From a virus (lineage: Duplodnaviria > Caudoviricetes), in IMG/VR virus record IMGVR_UViG_3300020434_000055: a stretch of 64,000 bases of DNA; one strand, given 5' to 3'. This document shows, in pieces, positions 27,582-38,241 of this stretch. The notes under the pieces were generated by a model. It was not told the origin of the DNA. It saw only the letters and a list, made by a program, of their open reading frames with translations, and ran no database searches. The stretch's first letter is position 1, and each line of letters begins with the position of its first letter. The translations under genes and the position numbers were made by a program.

Positions 27582-30500
27582 ATGGCTGAGTTTAAACTAG
27601 GTAGAATTAGATTTGTTTGGAAAGGTTCTTGGGTAACTTCAACATCATATTACGTCGATGACGTTATAAGATATGGTGGAAGAACCTATAATTGCGTATC
27701 AAATCACATTGCTAACGCAGATTTCCAAGTAGACTTATCTGCTGAAAACTGGCAATTAATGTCCGATGGTCAAGAATGGAAAAGTGACTGGTCATTAAAC
27801 ACAGTTTACAAACCAAATGATGTTGTAAAATATGGTGGTTACATTTATATTTGTAACACAGGACACACATCTGCCGCAACGGTAGAACTTGGCTTAGAAA
27901 ATCATCAATCTTATTGGGATTTATTTGTAGAAGGATTTGATTGGAAATCTGATTGGACAATTTCTACTAGATATAAAGTAAATGATTTAGTAAAATATGG
28001 TGGATCAGTTTATCTTTGTATAGAAGAACACACATCAGATACAACAACAGCAGTTGGCTTAGAAGGAAAACAAAGCAAATGGGAAATTTTTGGAAAAGGT
28101 TTTGTTTGGTTAGGCGACTGGGCAATTAATACTAGATACAGAGTAAATGATACAGTTAGATACGGTGGACAAATTTATATTAACATAACTGGACATACTT
28201 CAGCGGCAACTATCGCAGATGGTTTAGAAGCCAATCAAGCACAATGGCAAGCCTTACACAAAGGAATAGAATATTTAGGTGCTCACGCGGCAACAACAAG
28301 ATATAAAGTTAATGATGTAGTAAAATATGGTGCAAATATTTGGATTGCTACAGCGGCACATACATCAACAACTTCTTTAGCGGCTGACGAAGGTAATTGG
28401 TCAGTTTTAATTCCAGGTTTAGAATTTGAAGATACTTGGGATTCTTCAACACAATATCAACCAGGTGACTTTATTACTTACGGTGGATATAGTTATGTTT
28501 CAAATACAAATAACGTTAATAAAAATCCACCTCTTAATTCAAGTGATTGGACATTATTTGTAACAGGATTTAATTTAAGAGGCGACTATAATGCCGTTAC
28601 TGCATACAAACAAGGTGACGTTGTTAGAGTTGGAGGTTTTACATATCTCGCAATTGCAGACACAACAGGTAATAAACCACCAAGTGTTTTACACTGGGAT
28701 AAACTTAATGAAGGTTTATATTGGAAAGGTAATTGGGCAAATGCAACTGAATTCGACAGAGGTGATATAGTAAGAGGAACTACTAACACTAATACAAGTT
28801 ATATTTGCGTAACAGGACACACATCAAATAATGTTGGACCAAGTACAATTAATCAACCAGACTATCCACCAGGAGCAGGTGTCGATACTAGTGTTTGGTC
28901 ATTATTAGCATCAGGAACAGAAAACGCTGTACTATCAGTAAAAGGTGATCTTTTAATTTATGGTCAATCAGGACCAGCTAGATTGCCAATTGGTAAAGCA
29001 GGACAAACTTTAATTGTAAACTCAGCAGGTGATCTTCCTGAATGGGGATACTTTGGAGCTGTAGATCAAGTTTATTATGTTTCAGAAACAGGAACAGATG
29101 TTCCAGCACCTGATTCAGGACCAACACTTGACAAACCTTGGAAAACTTTAAGATATGCTTTATGGCAAATTGAACAAGGACCAAGAAATCCTCAAGGAAC
29201 TTACATGATGGAAAGAAACAAAGCATTTATTCAAGCAGAAATTATAGCTTGGATTAACGCTCAAATTTCTGGAAACATTTCACCTTTCACATCAGGTTAT
29301 ACATACGACGCGGCAAAATGTACAAGAGACTCTGGATTAATGATTGATGCAGTTCTATGGGATTTAAGACATGGTGGAAATGAAAAATCAAGATATGCAA
29401 CACTTAGAATTTCAACTCAAACAGAATTTGTAAATAATTCTGCTGAATTACAAGCCTATCTTACTAGATTAGTTTATATTACACAACAAGTTACAGCCAA
29501 CAATGCAGGTTATTCTGCAGGACAAGGTACAATAAATCAAGTTGTTGATAACAATTATACTGCGGAGCCGGCTGTTAATGGAGAAATTGCAAGTTATATA
29601 CAAATTGCAATAGATTGTCTTGCGGCAGGTAATACATCTGGAGTACCTATAGAAGAAATAGCACAAACTACATTATTTGTTAAAACAGGAACATACGAAG
29701 AAGTGTTACCTCTTTCAATAAGAAAAGGAACAGCACTAGTAGGAGATGAATTAAGATCAACAGTTATTAAACCAGCGGGACAACAATCTTCAGTAAGCGA
29801 CACAGCATTTACATTACAAGGTATTGGTAGAATGCAGGCAATTTTGTCTGACATAGTTCAGAACGTTGCTGTAACACCAACACCTGTAGGAGGTGTTACA
29901 TTTTTAACAACACCTGCACCAGATTTAGGTTTTGTTAATGGAACTTACACTAACGTTGCAGTAACAGGTGGAACTGGAACAGGATGTACAGTAGATTGTA
30001 CTGTTTTATCATTTGCAATTACGGCTTTGTCTATAAATTCACCAGGACAGAATTATGTAGTTTCTGATGCATTAACAATTCCAGCGGCAACAATTGGAGC
30101 AGATGGAGTTTCAACTGTAACAGGAGTTACAACAGGAAATAATTTAACTCAAAATACAGATCTTCCTGTAGGTTCAGCGGCGGCAGGTACAGCGGCGGCG
30201 GCAATTGGACAAAATATTATAGATCATATAACTTACAAAGTTAATGCAACTGGATCTGATCCAGCATTAACTGGTGTTAATAGTGCAGATTCAACTGCAG
30301 GTTTCACAGATGCAAGATTAAGACTATTAGCAAATAAAGAATTTATTGCATTAGAAGCCGCGGAGTTTGTACAAAGAGCAAATCCAACTCATAGTAATTT
30401 TAAAGAAAAATGTTTGAATGATATTAGAATATATGTTCAAACAATTATGGACGACTTAGAATATACCGGCAATTATAAATCATTGAAAGCCTCAGATGCC

Positions 30501-33500
30501 TACATTAATTCTAGACTTGCAAAAGGTTCTAGTGCAAATGATATGTTCTATGTTAGAAATGCTTCAGGAATAAGAAATGTAACAGTAGAAGGTTTAATAG
30601 GAACATTAGGTACTACTCAATTCTCTACAACAGCGGCAACATACACACCAGCAACAGGTGTAATGGAATTAACTATTGGATCACATAGTATTGCTGTTGG
30701 TGAAAAAGTAATGATTGCTTCAAATAGTTTAATCTTTACTTGCGATCAAGATACTCACGCTACTCAACATAGCTATCCAAGAGCAACTGATCCTTATTAC
30801 AATAAAGAAATTTTAGTTACAGGTGCGACAGCGACTACAATTACAATGAATGTTGGAATATCAAGTAATACAACAGGACATACATTTGTAATGGCTACTG
30901 AAGATAATGTAACATTAGCTACTGCAAATGAATATGGAACAAAAAGACCAACAGGTGGAGCATATGTATCATTAGATCCAGGTTGGGGACCAGCACATGA
31001 AGAAGTATGGATTAAGTCTAAATCACCTTATATCCAAAATGTAACAACTTGGGGAGAAGGTTGTGTTGGAGTAAAAGTAGACGGTGCATTACACGATGGT
31101 GGTTTTGATTCTATCGTTGGAAATGACTTTACACAATTATGCGATAATGGTATTGGTGCTTGGATTACAAATTTAGGTAGAGTAGAACTTGTATCAGTAT
31201 TTTCTTATTATGCACACATAGGTTACCTTTGTGAAAATGGTGGAAAACTTCGTTCTACAAACGGAAATTCATCTTATGGTGATTTTGGTTGTGTTGCAGA
31301 AGGAACAGATGCAAGTGAAACTCCAATAACAGCAACAATAGATAATAGAAGTACAGATGCAGTTATTGACAATGTTATAACAGATGCTAATCAAATATTA
31401 GCATTTGAATATGATAATGCAGGTAGACAATATAGTAATGCAACATTTACTATATCTGGACCTGGTTATGGAATTGCTGGAACAACTCCAACTTATAATA
31501 CTGGTGGTGTTTACAAAATTAGATTAATAGAAACTAATCAAGAAGTAAGTGATCAAGGTGGATCAACTTACATGACTGCACTTAATACTGGACAAACAGG
31601 TGACACTACATCAATTACTATAGCTAACGCAGATAGTAATGCCTCAGGGGCTTATCCTGGAATGGCAATATGGATTGTAGAAGGAAAAGGTGTAGGACAA
31701 TATGCATATATTAATACTTACAATGCAACAAGTAAAGTTGCAACTGTTAAAAAATATTCAAATGCCGCAGACGGTTGGGAAAGACTTGGCGGTTTAGCGG
31801 TAGAGGCAACATTAGACAATACAACAAAATATAGTATTGAACCGAGAGTAGTTATTGCGGCTCCTCAAGATGATGGAAGTACAGCAGTTAGACAAGCAGT
31901 TGCAAGAGCAGTTGTTACAACAGAAAAAATTTCCAAAGTAAAAATTATAGATTGCGGAGCAAGTTATACTTCAGCACCTACTGTAACATTTACTGATCCT
32001 AACAATACTACAGATGCTCCAGTACAATCATACATAGATGATGGTGTATTAGGACAACCAACTTTCTCTGCAAGAGGAATTGACTTTGAAACTGCAAGTG
32101 CAACAGTATCTGACGCAGGAAGCGAAAAAGTTATTACAGGTATTTCACAAGCAAATCCAATGGAAGTTACAGCCGTAGCTCATAATTTTGTTGATGGTCA
32201 AAAAGTTGTATTTTCTGATATAGTTGGTATGACAGAATTAAATTCTGGTGTATATTTTTATATTAGATCTACAAGTGTAGATACATTTGCAGTTTACATT
32301 GACTTTGATTTAAATAATGGATTAGATTCAACTAATTTCACAGCATACGTTTCAGGTGGTAAAGCAACAAGCTTCGGTGGATTTAGAGATGAATATCAAT
32401 TTGGAAGATATCTTCAAGTAGAAGGATTAACAAAAGTACCTCAAGCAGGTTCTAATATAGAATTTGATGGCATTGGTTCTACAACATATCCTTATGCATA
32501 TGATGTTCTAACTTCAAATAAAGAATTTTTAAAAGATGAAGTTGTTTCTTGGTTTGATAATACTGGTTATCCAGGTGTTCATTCTCAAGCAGAATTAGAT
32601 AAGTGCGAAAGAGACGTAGGATATGAAATAGATGCGTTAGCACATGATTTAAAATTTGGCGGTAATACAGAAACAGTTAGGGTAGCAAAATTTTATTGGA
32701 TTGGAACTAATACACAACTAGGCGTAGGTGAACAAGCCTATGCAGTTGCAGTTAATAATAAATTAAAAGAAATAATTAATGGTTATATTCTTACTAATAC
32801 TGGTTGGTCAACAGAACAAACTCCAGTTGTTACTACTCAAACTACAACTGCATTTAATGGAGAAACTGGTACAATAGATAAAATTACAACATTAATTACA
32901 AACTTTAATGATGTTATTGAAAATGGTTTAACATCATTACCAGCTACAATAGGATTAAATAATCCTTACTACAAAATAGTAAGTGTTAAAAATCAAGCAG
33001 GATCACAAGCTCCTTATTCAGCACTATTACAAATTAGTCCACAATTAAGTGTAGCACAATCACAAGAGCATGGTTCTCAAGTGACAATGAAATTTAGATA
33101 CAGTCAAGTTAGATTGACTGGTCATGACTTTTTGGATGTTGGTACTGGTGACACAGCTAACACCAATTATCCTGGAACACCTTTAAATGATCCAGATTCA
33201 GCTAATGAAGCCGTTGGAAGAGGTGGAGGTAGAGTATTCTTCTCCGCAACTGATCAAGACGGTAACTTTAAAGTTGGAGAATTATTCTCAGTACAACAAG
33301 CAACAGGTATTGCTACGTTGAATGCTGATGCATTTAATATTTCAGGATTACAAGAGCTTCAGTTAGGAGATCAAACATTAGGAGGCACTAGTGCCGCTAT
33401 TAATGAATTCTCCACTGACGGGACAATGGCGGCTAATAGTGATTCCATTGTACCAACACAACGGGCAATAAGAACTTATATCGCTTCACAAATTGGTGGT

Positions 33501-33668
33501 GGTGCAAGTTCTATTAACGTTAACTTGATAACTGCAGGATTAATTCAGATATCAGGCAATTCAATAAATACAACAACAGGAGTAAGCATCAATATTGCAA
33601 GTCCAGTTAATTTCCTTAAAGGGGTTAGCGGAGGACCATTGGCGATGAACTTCTTAATACATAGTTAA
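27582..33668 (+). CDS. Giant tail fibre/spike, paralogue of 20712
   Basis: MAEFKLGRIRFVWKGSW start; same W-Y repeats, beta-helix and C-terminal GHDFLD.GTG..GGGRVF block; helical KC.RD repeats. Confidence 0.75.
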   Translation: MAEFKLGRIRFVWKGSWVTSTSYYVDDVIRYGGRTYNCVSNHIANADFQVDLSAENWQLMSDGQEWKSDWSLNTVYKPNDVVKYGGYIYICNTGHTSAATVELGLENHQSYWDLFVEGFDWKSDWTISTRYKVNDLVKYGGSVYLCIEEHTSDTTTAVGLEGKQSKWEIFGKGFVWLGDWAINTRYRVNDTVRYGGQIYINITGHTSAATIADGLEANQAQWQALHKGIEYLGAHAATTRYKVNDVVKYGANIWIATAAHTSTTSLAADEGNWSVLIPGLEFEDTWDSSTQYQPGDFITYGGYSYVSNTNNVNKNPPLNSSDWTLFVTGFNLRGDYNAVTAYKQGDVVRVGGFTYLAIADTTGNKPPSVLHWDKLNEGLYWKGNWANATEFDRGDIVRGTTNTNTSYICVTGHTSNNVGPSTINQPDYPPGAGVDTSVWSLLASGTENAVLSVKGDLLIYGQSGPARLPIGKAGQTLIVNSAGDLPEWGYFGAVDQVYYVSETGTDVPAPDSGPTLDKPWKTLRYALWQIEQGPRNPQGTYMMERNKAFIQAEIIAWINAQISGNISPFTSGYTYDAAKCTRDSGLMIDAVLWDLRHGGNEKSRYATLRISTQTEFVNNSAELQAYLTRLVYITQQVTANNAGYSAGQGTINQVVDNNYTAEPAVNGEIASYIQIAIDCLAAGNTSGVPIEEIAQTTLFVKTGTYEEVLPLSIRKGTALVGDELRSTVIKPAGQQSSVSDTAFTLQGIGRMQAILSDIVQNVAVTPTPVGGVTFLTTPAPDLGFVNGTYTNVAVTGGTGTGCTVDCTVLSFAITALSINSPGQNYVVSDALTIPAATIGADGVSTVTGVTTGNNLTQNTDLPVGSAAAGTAAAAIGQNIIDHITYKVNATGSDPALTGVNSADSTAGFTDARLRLLANKEFIALEAAEFVQRANPTHSNFKEKCLNDIRIYVQTIMDDLEYTGNYKSLKASDAYINSRLAKGSSANDMFYVRNASGIRNVTVEGLIGTLGTTQFSTTAATYTPATGVMELTIGSHSIAVGEKVMIASNSLIFTCDQDTHATQHSYPRATDPYYNKEILVTGATATTITMNVGISSNTTGHTFVMATEDNVTLATANEYGTKRPTGGAYVSLDPGWGPAHEEVWIKSKSPYIQNVTTWGEGCVGVKVDGALHDGGFDSIVGNDFTQLCDNGIGAWITNLGRVELVSVFSYYAHIGYLCENGGKLRSTNGNSSYGDFGCVAEGTDASETPITATIDNRSTDAVIDNVITDANQILAFEYDNAGRQYSNATFTISGPGYGIAGTTPTYNTGGVYKIRLIETNQEVSDQGGSTYMTALNTGQTGDTTSITIANADSNASGAYPGMAIWIVEGKGVGQYAYINTYNATSKVATVKKYSNAADGWERLGGLAVEATLDNTTKYSIEPRVVIAAPQDDGSTAVRQAVARAVVTTEKISKVKIIDCGASYTSAPTVTFTDPNNTTDAPVQSYIDDGVLGQPTFSARGIDFETASATVSDAGSEKVITGISQANPMEVTAVAHNFVDGQKVVFSDIVGMTELNSGVYFYIRSTSVDTFAVYIDFDLNNGLDSTNFTAYVSGGKATSFGGFRDEYQFGRYLQVEGLTKVPQAGSNIEFDGIGSTTYPYAYDVLTSNKEFLKDEVVSWFDNTGYPGVHSQAELDKCERDVGYEIDALAHDLKFGGNTETVRVAKFYWIGTNTQLGVGEQAYAVAVNNKLKEIINGYILTNTGWSTEQTPVVTTQTTTAFNGETGTIDKITTLITNFNDVIENGLTSLPATIGLNNPYYKIVSVKNQAGSQAPYSALLQISPQLSVAQSQEHGSQVTMKFRYSQVRLTGHDFLDVGTGDTANTNYPGTPLNDPDSANEAVGRGGGRVFFSATDQDGNFKVGELFSVQQATGIATLNADAFNISGLQELQLGDQTLGGTSAAINEFSTDGTMAANSDSIVPTQRAIRTYIASQIGGGASSINVNLITAGLIQISGNSINTTTGVSINIASPVNFLKGVSGGPLAMNFLIHS
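30612..30920 (+). repeat. Single YPRATG domain inserted in a beta-helix loop
   Basis: Core at 30774; absent at the equivalent site of paralogue 20712. Confidence 0.8.
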
Positions 33669-33682
33669 AGGAGAGAAAACAC

Positions 33683-34003
33683 ATGGCTTCAGGAAGATTA
33701 GGAAAAGCGGATTTGGTTGCCACTACTGATACTGTAGTATACACGTGTCCAGCGGATACATTTACCGTGGCCACCGTGTCTATCTGCAATAGAGGTAATC
33801 AAGTTATTACACTAAAAATGTCGGTGTCAGACTCAGGTACTCCAGATGCGTCAGAATATGTAGAATATGATACAGAAGTTCTGTCACACGGAGTATTAGA
33901 ACGAACTGGTTTAGTAATGAATGCTGGACAAAAGCTCGTTGTATGGTCTAACGCTGTAAATGTTAGTGCAGTAGTTATGGGTATTGAAACTGGTACTTCG
34001 TAA
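33683..34003 (+). CDS. Small virion adaptor-type protein
   Basis: VVYTCPADT..VSICNRG..LERTGLVMNAGQKLVV; family with 8953 and 16921. Confidence 0.5.
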   Translation: MASGRLGKADLVATTDTVVYTCPADTFTVATVSICNRGNQVITLKMSVSDSGTPDASEYVEYDTEVLSHGVLERTGLVMNAGQKLVVWSNAVNVSAVVMGIETGTS

Positions 34004-34066
34004 TAATTACGTAGAATTAGCTTAAATAACATAAATAGTTAAAATAGATACAAAGGACATAGAAAA

Positions 34067-34399
34067 ATGGGAAGATATATATCAACAACTGGAACTGCTG
34101 GTGCTGTTACTAGAGAAGTCTCTACAACATACGCCGCATTAGTTAATGATAGAATTCTTGCTGACAGTACAGGTGGAGCATTTACAATAACTCTACCGGC
34201 AAATGCTGGTTTGTTAATTAATGATACAATTCAAATCATTGATGCAACATCTCAAACTGGCGTAAATGCAATAACTGTTGGAAGAAACGGATCATTAATT
34301 CAGGGAGTGGCAGAAGATTTAACTGTTGACTTACCTGGAGCGATAATGACTATGGTTTATACTGGTGCAACATACGGTTGGATCTTAGGTGCTGTATAA
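34067..34399 (+). CDS. Tail-fibre proximal-type repeat protein
   Basis: DSTGGAFTITLP..DTIQIID..ITVGRNG..LTVD..MVY..GW resembles T4 gp34-type N-terminal repeats. Confidence 0.55.
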   Translation: MGRYISTTGTAGAVTREVSTTYAALVNDRILADSTGGAFTITLPANAGLLINDTIQIIDATSQTGVNAITVGRNGSLIQGVAEDLTVDLPGAIMTMVYTGATYGWILGAV

Positions 34400-34450
34400 G
34401 AATTATTATTAATTTTTTTACACAACAGTTTTATTTAGGAGAGTTAAGAG

Positions 34451-35440
34451 ATGAGTGCATTAAGCACAATGCTGACAACAAAAAAAGTAGGTTTTACCGA
34501 AGCCGAAGAACAGAATCTTGAGAAAGGAAGAATTTATACATATACTCAAGGGGCTAATTGGTCTAGACTTTGGTGCGGATTTTGTTTTCATCCTGAAGTA
34601 GCAGGAACAGTATATTTAGAATCATGGGGAGCTGGCGGTAGTGGCGGTAAAATGTGCTGTTGCGGTTTTGGCTTACCTGGTAACTCTGCGGCTTATGCCT
34701 ATAGAAAATTTGATCTAGGAGAAAATGGATTTATTTGCGGATGTACAGGTCAATCATGTGGTAATGCAGATACATTATGTCACAGAGGTTGTTCTGAACC
34801 AACGTTCATGAATATTTCTACTGGCTTAGGTGAATGTACTTGCGTTTGTACTCAAGGTGGTGCAGGCGGAGTTTCTTATTGTTCTACTAATACTTCATTT
34901 TATTGTTGTTTTGCGGCAAACGGTTTTTGTGCAACAAAAACTGATAACGATCACTGCGGATGGGTATGTAATATGTGCGATGGAAAACATATAGCTCAAG
35001 CATATTGCGGAGATGCAGGTTTTAATTGTCCAGGAAGAACTTCTTGTGTAGCGGCTTTTGGTTGTTACCCATTATGTATTTGTAATTTTACTCACTACGC
35101 ACCTACACCTGCAGGTATGTTTAGTAAAGAAGGAATGTATGTCGCTTTTAATACAGAAAACGATAACGGATTTTCATCATGGTCAGGACAAGGTGCACAC
35201 CAATTAGAAGCATCTTTAGGGGCTGGAAGATGGCCTACAGGTGGTATACCTTGGGCAACTTGCTGGGGAGCAAGTAAAGGTTGTCACTGTCAAATAGGTG
35301 AACCTTGTATACCTCACGTTCCAGTTGGAATGGGAGGACACGGATCAATGCCATGTCCACAAGTAAGAGATCACGCAAGTAGAGGAGGTCACGGTGGAGT
35401 ACGAATTAAATTTATTCGTAACGACGAACCGACTCAATAA
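34451..35440 (+). CDS. Cys/Gly-rich protein 1 (31 Cys), probable tail-tip component
   Basis: ESWGAGGSG..MCCCG..PGN and RDH..RGGHGGVRIKF shared by three tandem genes. Confidence 0.6.
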   Translation: MSALSTMLTTKKVGFTEAEEQNLEKGRIYTYTQGANWSRLWCGFCFHPEVAGTVYLESWGAGGSGGKMCCCGFGLPGNSAAYAYRKFDLGENGFICGCTGQSCGNADTLCHRGCSEPTFMNISTGLGECTCVCTQGGAGGVSYCSTNTSFYCCFAANGFCATKTDNDHCGWVCNMCDGKHIAQAYCGDAGFNCPGRTSCVAAFGCYPLCICNFTHYAPTPAGMFSKEGMYVAFNTENDNGFSSWSGQGAHQLEASLGAGRWPTGGIPWATCWGASKGCHCQIGEPCIPHVPVGMGGHGSMPCPQVRDHASRGGHGGVRIKFIRNDEPTQ

Positions 35441-35452
35441 AGAGAGATTATT

Positions 35453-36466
35453 ATGCCAGCATCATCATTAACAGCATTATTACAAACGAAGTATGATTAC
35501 CCATTAGCTAATGAAACTAATTTAGAAACGGGACAGCTTTTTACATTTTATCCTAGTAATCAATATAGCACTAATTTTTGGTGTCATATTTGTTGGAAAC
35601 CACCAGCAAATGGTATAGCTACAATTGAAGTATGGGGTGCGGCTGGATCAGGTGCAGAAATGTGCTGTTGCGGTGGAGGAATTCCAGGCAATCCAGGCGG
35701 TTATTCTAGAAAAGTATTACCAGAATTTGGAGCATCTTGGGCCGATTGTTATATTTGTGCTCAGATAGGTTTATCTTGTAATAACACAGACGATTTATGT
35801 TACAGAGGAATGTCAGAACCAACTCAAGTTTGTTGGTTAGCTGGTGATTCCGATGGATGTATTTGTGCTCAAGGTGGTAGAGGTGGAACATCATTCTGCT
35901 CATCTAGTCCAGCAATGTATTGTTGTTACCTAACAAATGACTGGTGTGGTACACAAGCCGGTGGAGCAGGTTGCGGTATAATTTGTAATTACAGAGATGA
36001 TGGTGGTACAAATTATGACGGTGCAGATTATTGTGCATTTGCTTATGGTGGAGATGTAAACTGTTATGGCGGATTTAGTTGTATGTACTTTAAAAACTGT
36101 TATCCAAACTGTAACTGTAGACAAAATCCAGTAATTAGAATTCCACCAGGAATGATTTCAGAAAAAGGTGGACAAGTTCAATACGCAATGGATACATCTA
36201 ATCAAAGATCTTATTGGTCAGGAATGGGCGGAATTTTTGGAGTAATGGAACCATTAAATATGGCAACAAGAAATCCAACTCAAGGAGCTCCTTATAATGC
36301 TTGTTGGACAGGTAATGACTCTTGCGGATGTTATCAAGATCAAGGAGCAATTAACTTCTTCCCTGGAGGAATTCCAGGACAAGGTCCTACACCTTGCGAT
36401 GGTGTAAGAGATCACGCTTGGAGAGGCGGAAACGGAATAATGAGGATTAAATTTGTAGCTTCGTAA
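35453..36466 (+). CDS. Cys/Gly-rich protein 2 (28 Cys)
   Basis: EVWGAAGSGAEMCCCG..PGNPGGY and RDHAWRGGNGIMRIKF. Confidence 0.6.
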   Translation: MPASSLTALLQTKYDYPLANETNLETGQLFTFYPSNQYSTNFWCHICWKPPANGIATIEVWGAAGSGAEMCCCGGGIPGNPGGYSRKVLPEFGASWADCYICAQIGLSCNNTDDLCYRGMSEPTQVCWLAGDSDGCICAQGGRGGTSFCSSSPAMYCCYLTNDWCGTQAGGAGCGIICNYRDDGGTNYDGADYCAFAYGGDVNCYGGFSCMYFKNCYPNCNCRQNPVIRIPPGMISEKGGQVQYAMDTSNQRSYWSGMGGIFGVMEPLNMATRNPTQGAPYNACWTGNDSCGCYQDQGAINFFPGGIPGQGPTPCDGVRDHAWRGGNGIMRIKFVAS

Positions 36467-36484
36467 AAAGGAGTAAATAGTATT

Positions 36485-37453
36485 ATGGCAACATTGAAAA
36501 AAATATTAGGTGAAAGAACAGCCGGAGGCGGTATAGAACAAAACATAGAAAAAGGTTATATCTATGCTTATTCTCCAGGTACTCAACATTCTAATTTTTG
36601 TAATGGAGTTTGCTGGACTGCACCTTCAAATGGTAAAGCAATTGTAGAAATTTGGGGAGCTGGTGGATCTGGTTCTCGTATGTGTTGTTGTGGTGATGGA
36701 TTACCAGGCAATGCAGGAGGTTATTCTAAGAAAACTCTTGCAATTACGGCAGATGATACTATTACAGCTTCTTTAGGAATGGCTTGTATGTCTCACCCAC
36801 TTTGTCACTCAGGTTGCGGTAGTCCAACTCAATTATGTTATGTAACAGCCGGTAGTAATGGAAATGGTTGTATGTGTGCTAGAGGTGGATATGGCGGGAA
36901 ATCAATGTGTACTACAGGTACATCTTTTTATTGCTGTTATTCCAACGAAGGATTTTGTTTCAAAAGATGTAACAATGACAATTGTGCATTAATTTGTAAC
37001 GTATGTTCTGGAGCATGGGAAGCCTTAGCATATGGTGGTGACGTAAACTGTTGTGGAGAAATAGGTTGCGTAAGTTATTTTGGATGTTGTCCTCACTGTA
37101 AATGTTTCTTTCAAAGACACGCACCTGTACCAGCAGGTATGTTTGCAGAAAATGGAGCGTTAATTACGTTCCAATCAGAATCAGATACGACTCCAATGTC
37201 GCAATGGTCAGGAAATCAATTATTCCAATATTATGCGTCCCTTAATTTGGCAACAAAAGCGCCAAGACAAGGAAATCCAAGATCATATTGTTGGAGATCA
37301 GACAGATCTTGTGGATGTTATGAATCACAAGGTTGTGCAAATTTATTGCCAGTTGGAGCTGGCGGATTAGGACCACTTGCTTGTCCTGATGTTAGAGACC
37401 ACGGAATTAGAGGTGGTCATGGAGGCGTTAGAATTAAATTTATAGCTTCATAA
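36485..37453 (+). CDS. Cys/Gly-rich protein 3 (31 Cys)
   Basis: EIWGAGGSGSRMCCCG..PGNAGGY and RDHGIRGGHGGVRIKF. Confidence 0.6.
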   Translation: MATLKKILGERTAGGGIEQNIEKGYIYAYSPGTQHSNFCNGVCWTAPSNGKAIVEIWGAGGSGSRMCCCGDGLPGNAGGYSKKTLAITADDTITASLGMACMSHPLCHSGCGSPTQLCYVTAGSNGNGCMCARGGYGGKSMCTTGTSFYCCYSNEGFCFKRCNNDNCALICNVCSGAWEALAYGGDVNCCGEIGCVSYFGCCPHCKCFFQRHAPVPAGMFAENGALITFQSESDTTPMSQWSGNQLFQYYASLNLATKAPRQGNPRSYCWRSDRSCGCYESQGCANLLPVGAGGLGPLACPDVRDHGIRGGHGGVRIKFIAS

Positions 37454-37504
37454 TAAATATTAGTATTAACAGGAGTTAGATAAATAGTTTTATAGGAGAA
37501 CACA

Positions 37505-38161
37505 ATGACAGTTAGCGTAGCTTTTAATATTGAAATGCCAAATGAACCGTATGTAGATGATTTTTCAAACGGTGATGTTCATGCGTCAACATATATTGGA
37601 CATAAGTTTATTTCAGTTAGCGTAGATGCAGATGGATGGGTTATTAGTGTTTTATCAGAAGCAGATACAGAAGCAGGATTAGTAGAACAAGCTAAACCTA
37701 CACCTGAAAATCATACAGCATTAACAATTGATGGTACAGCAAATCCTTTTGAAGCGTCTTATGTATGTAGAAAATATACAACAGGTGCAGTAGCAAATTA
37801 CACAGAAAATTTAGGAACAACTGATGATAATGGAGATCCAGAAACGTGGGAATATACATGGCACGAAAACGGAGTTTTATCTCAAATTTACTTACACGGT
37901 ACATTAAAATACTCAGGTGGAGCATTTCAAAAACCTACAATGAGAATACACGCATTTGACCAAGCATCATTTAATGCATCAATGGGTCCTATGTCAGCAG
38001 GATTACAAGAAGCTCTTGATGCCGACTCGGCGAATCAAGTTTATTCAGCAGAGCAAAGACAAGCAATTATAGATCACAAAACATATGTAGATAACATTAC
38101 TACAAAATACGCGGCAGTTAAGCATTGGAAAGTTCCTTTCAAACCAATGCCTCACGTATAA
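37505..38161 (+). CDS. Hypothetical protein, possibly tail-fibre assembly chaperone
   Basis: Follows the Cys-rich trio; C-terminal helix plus WKVPFKPMP is reminiscent of Tfa-type chaperones (weak). Confidence 0.35.
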   Translation: MTVSVAFNIEMPNEPYVDDFSNGDVHASTYIGHKFISVSVDADGWVISVLSEADTEAGLVEQAKPTPENHTALTIDGTANPFEASYVCRKYTTGAVANYTENLGTTDDNGDPETWEYTWHENGVLSQIYLHGTLKYSGGAFQKPTMRIHAFDQASFNASMGPMSAGLQEALDADSANQVYSAEQRQAIIDHKTYVDNITTKYAAVKHWKVPFKPMPHV

Positions 38162-38241
38162 TAGTTTAATACCTCACAATACAATTCAAAATTTTTAGGT
38201 AACAACATTCATACTTTATAAGTATAAGTGTTAACCTAATT

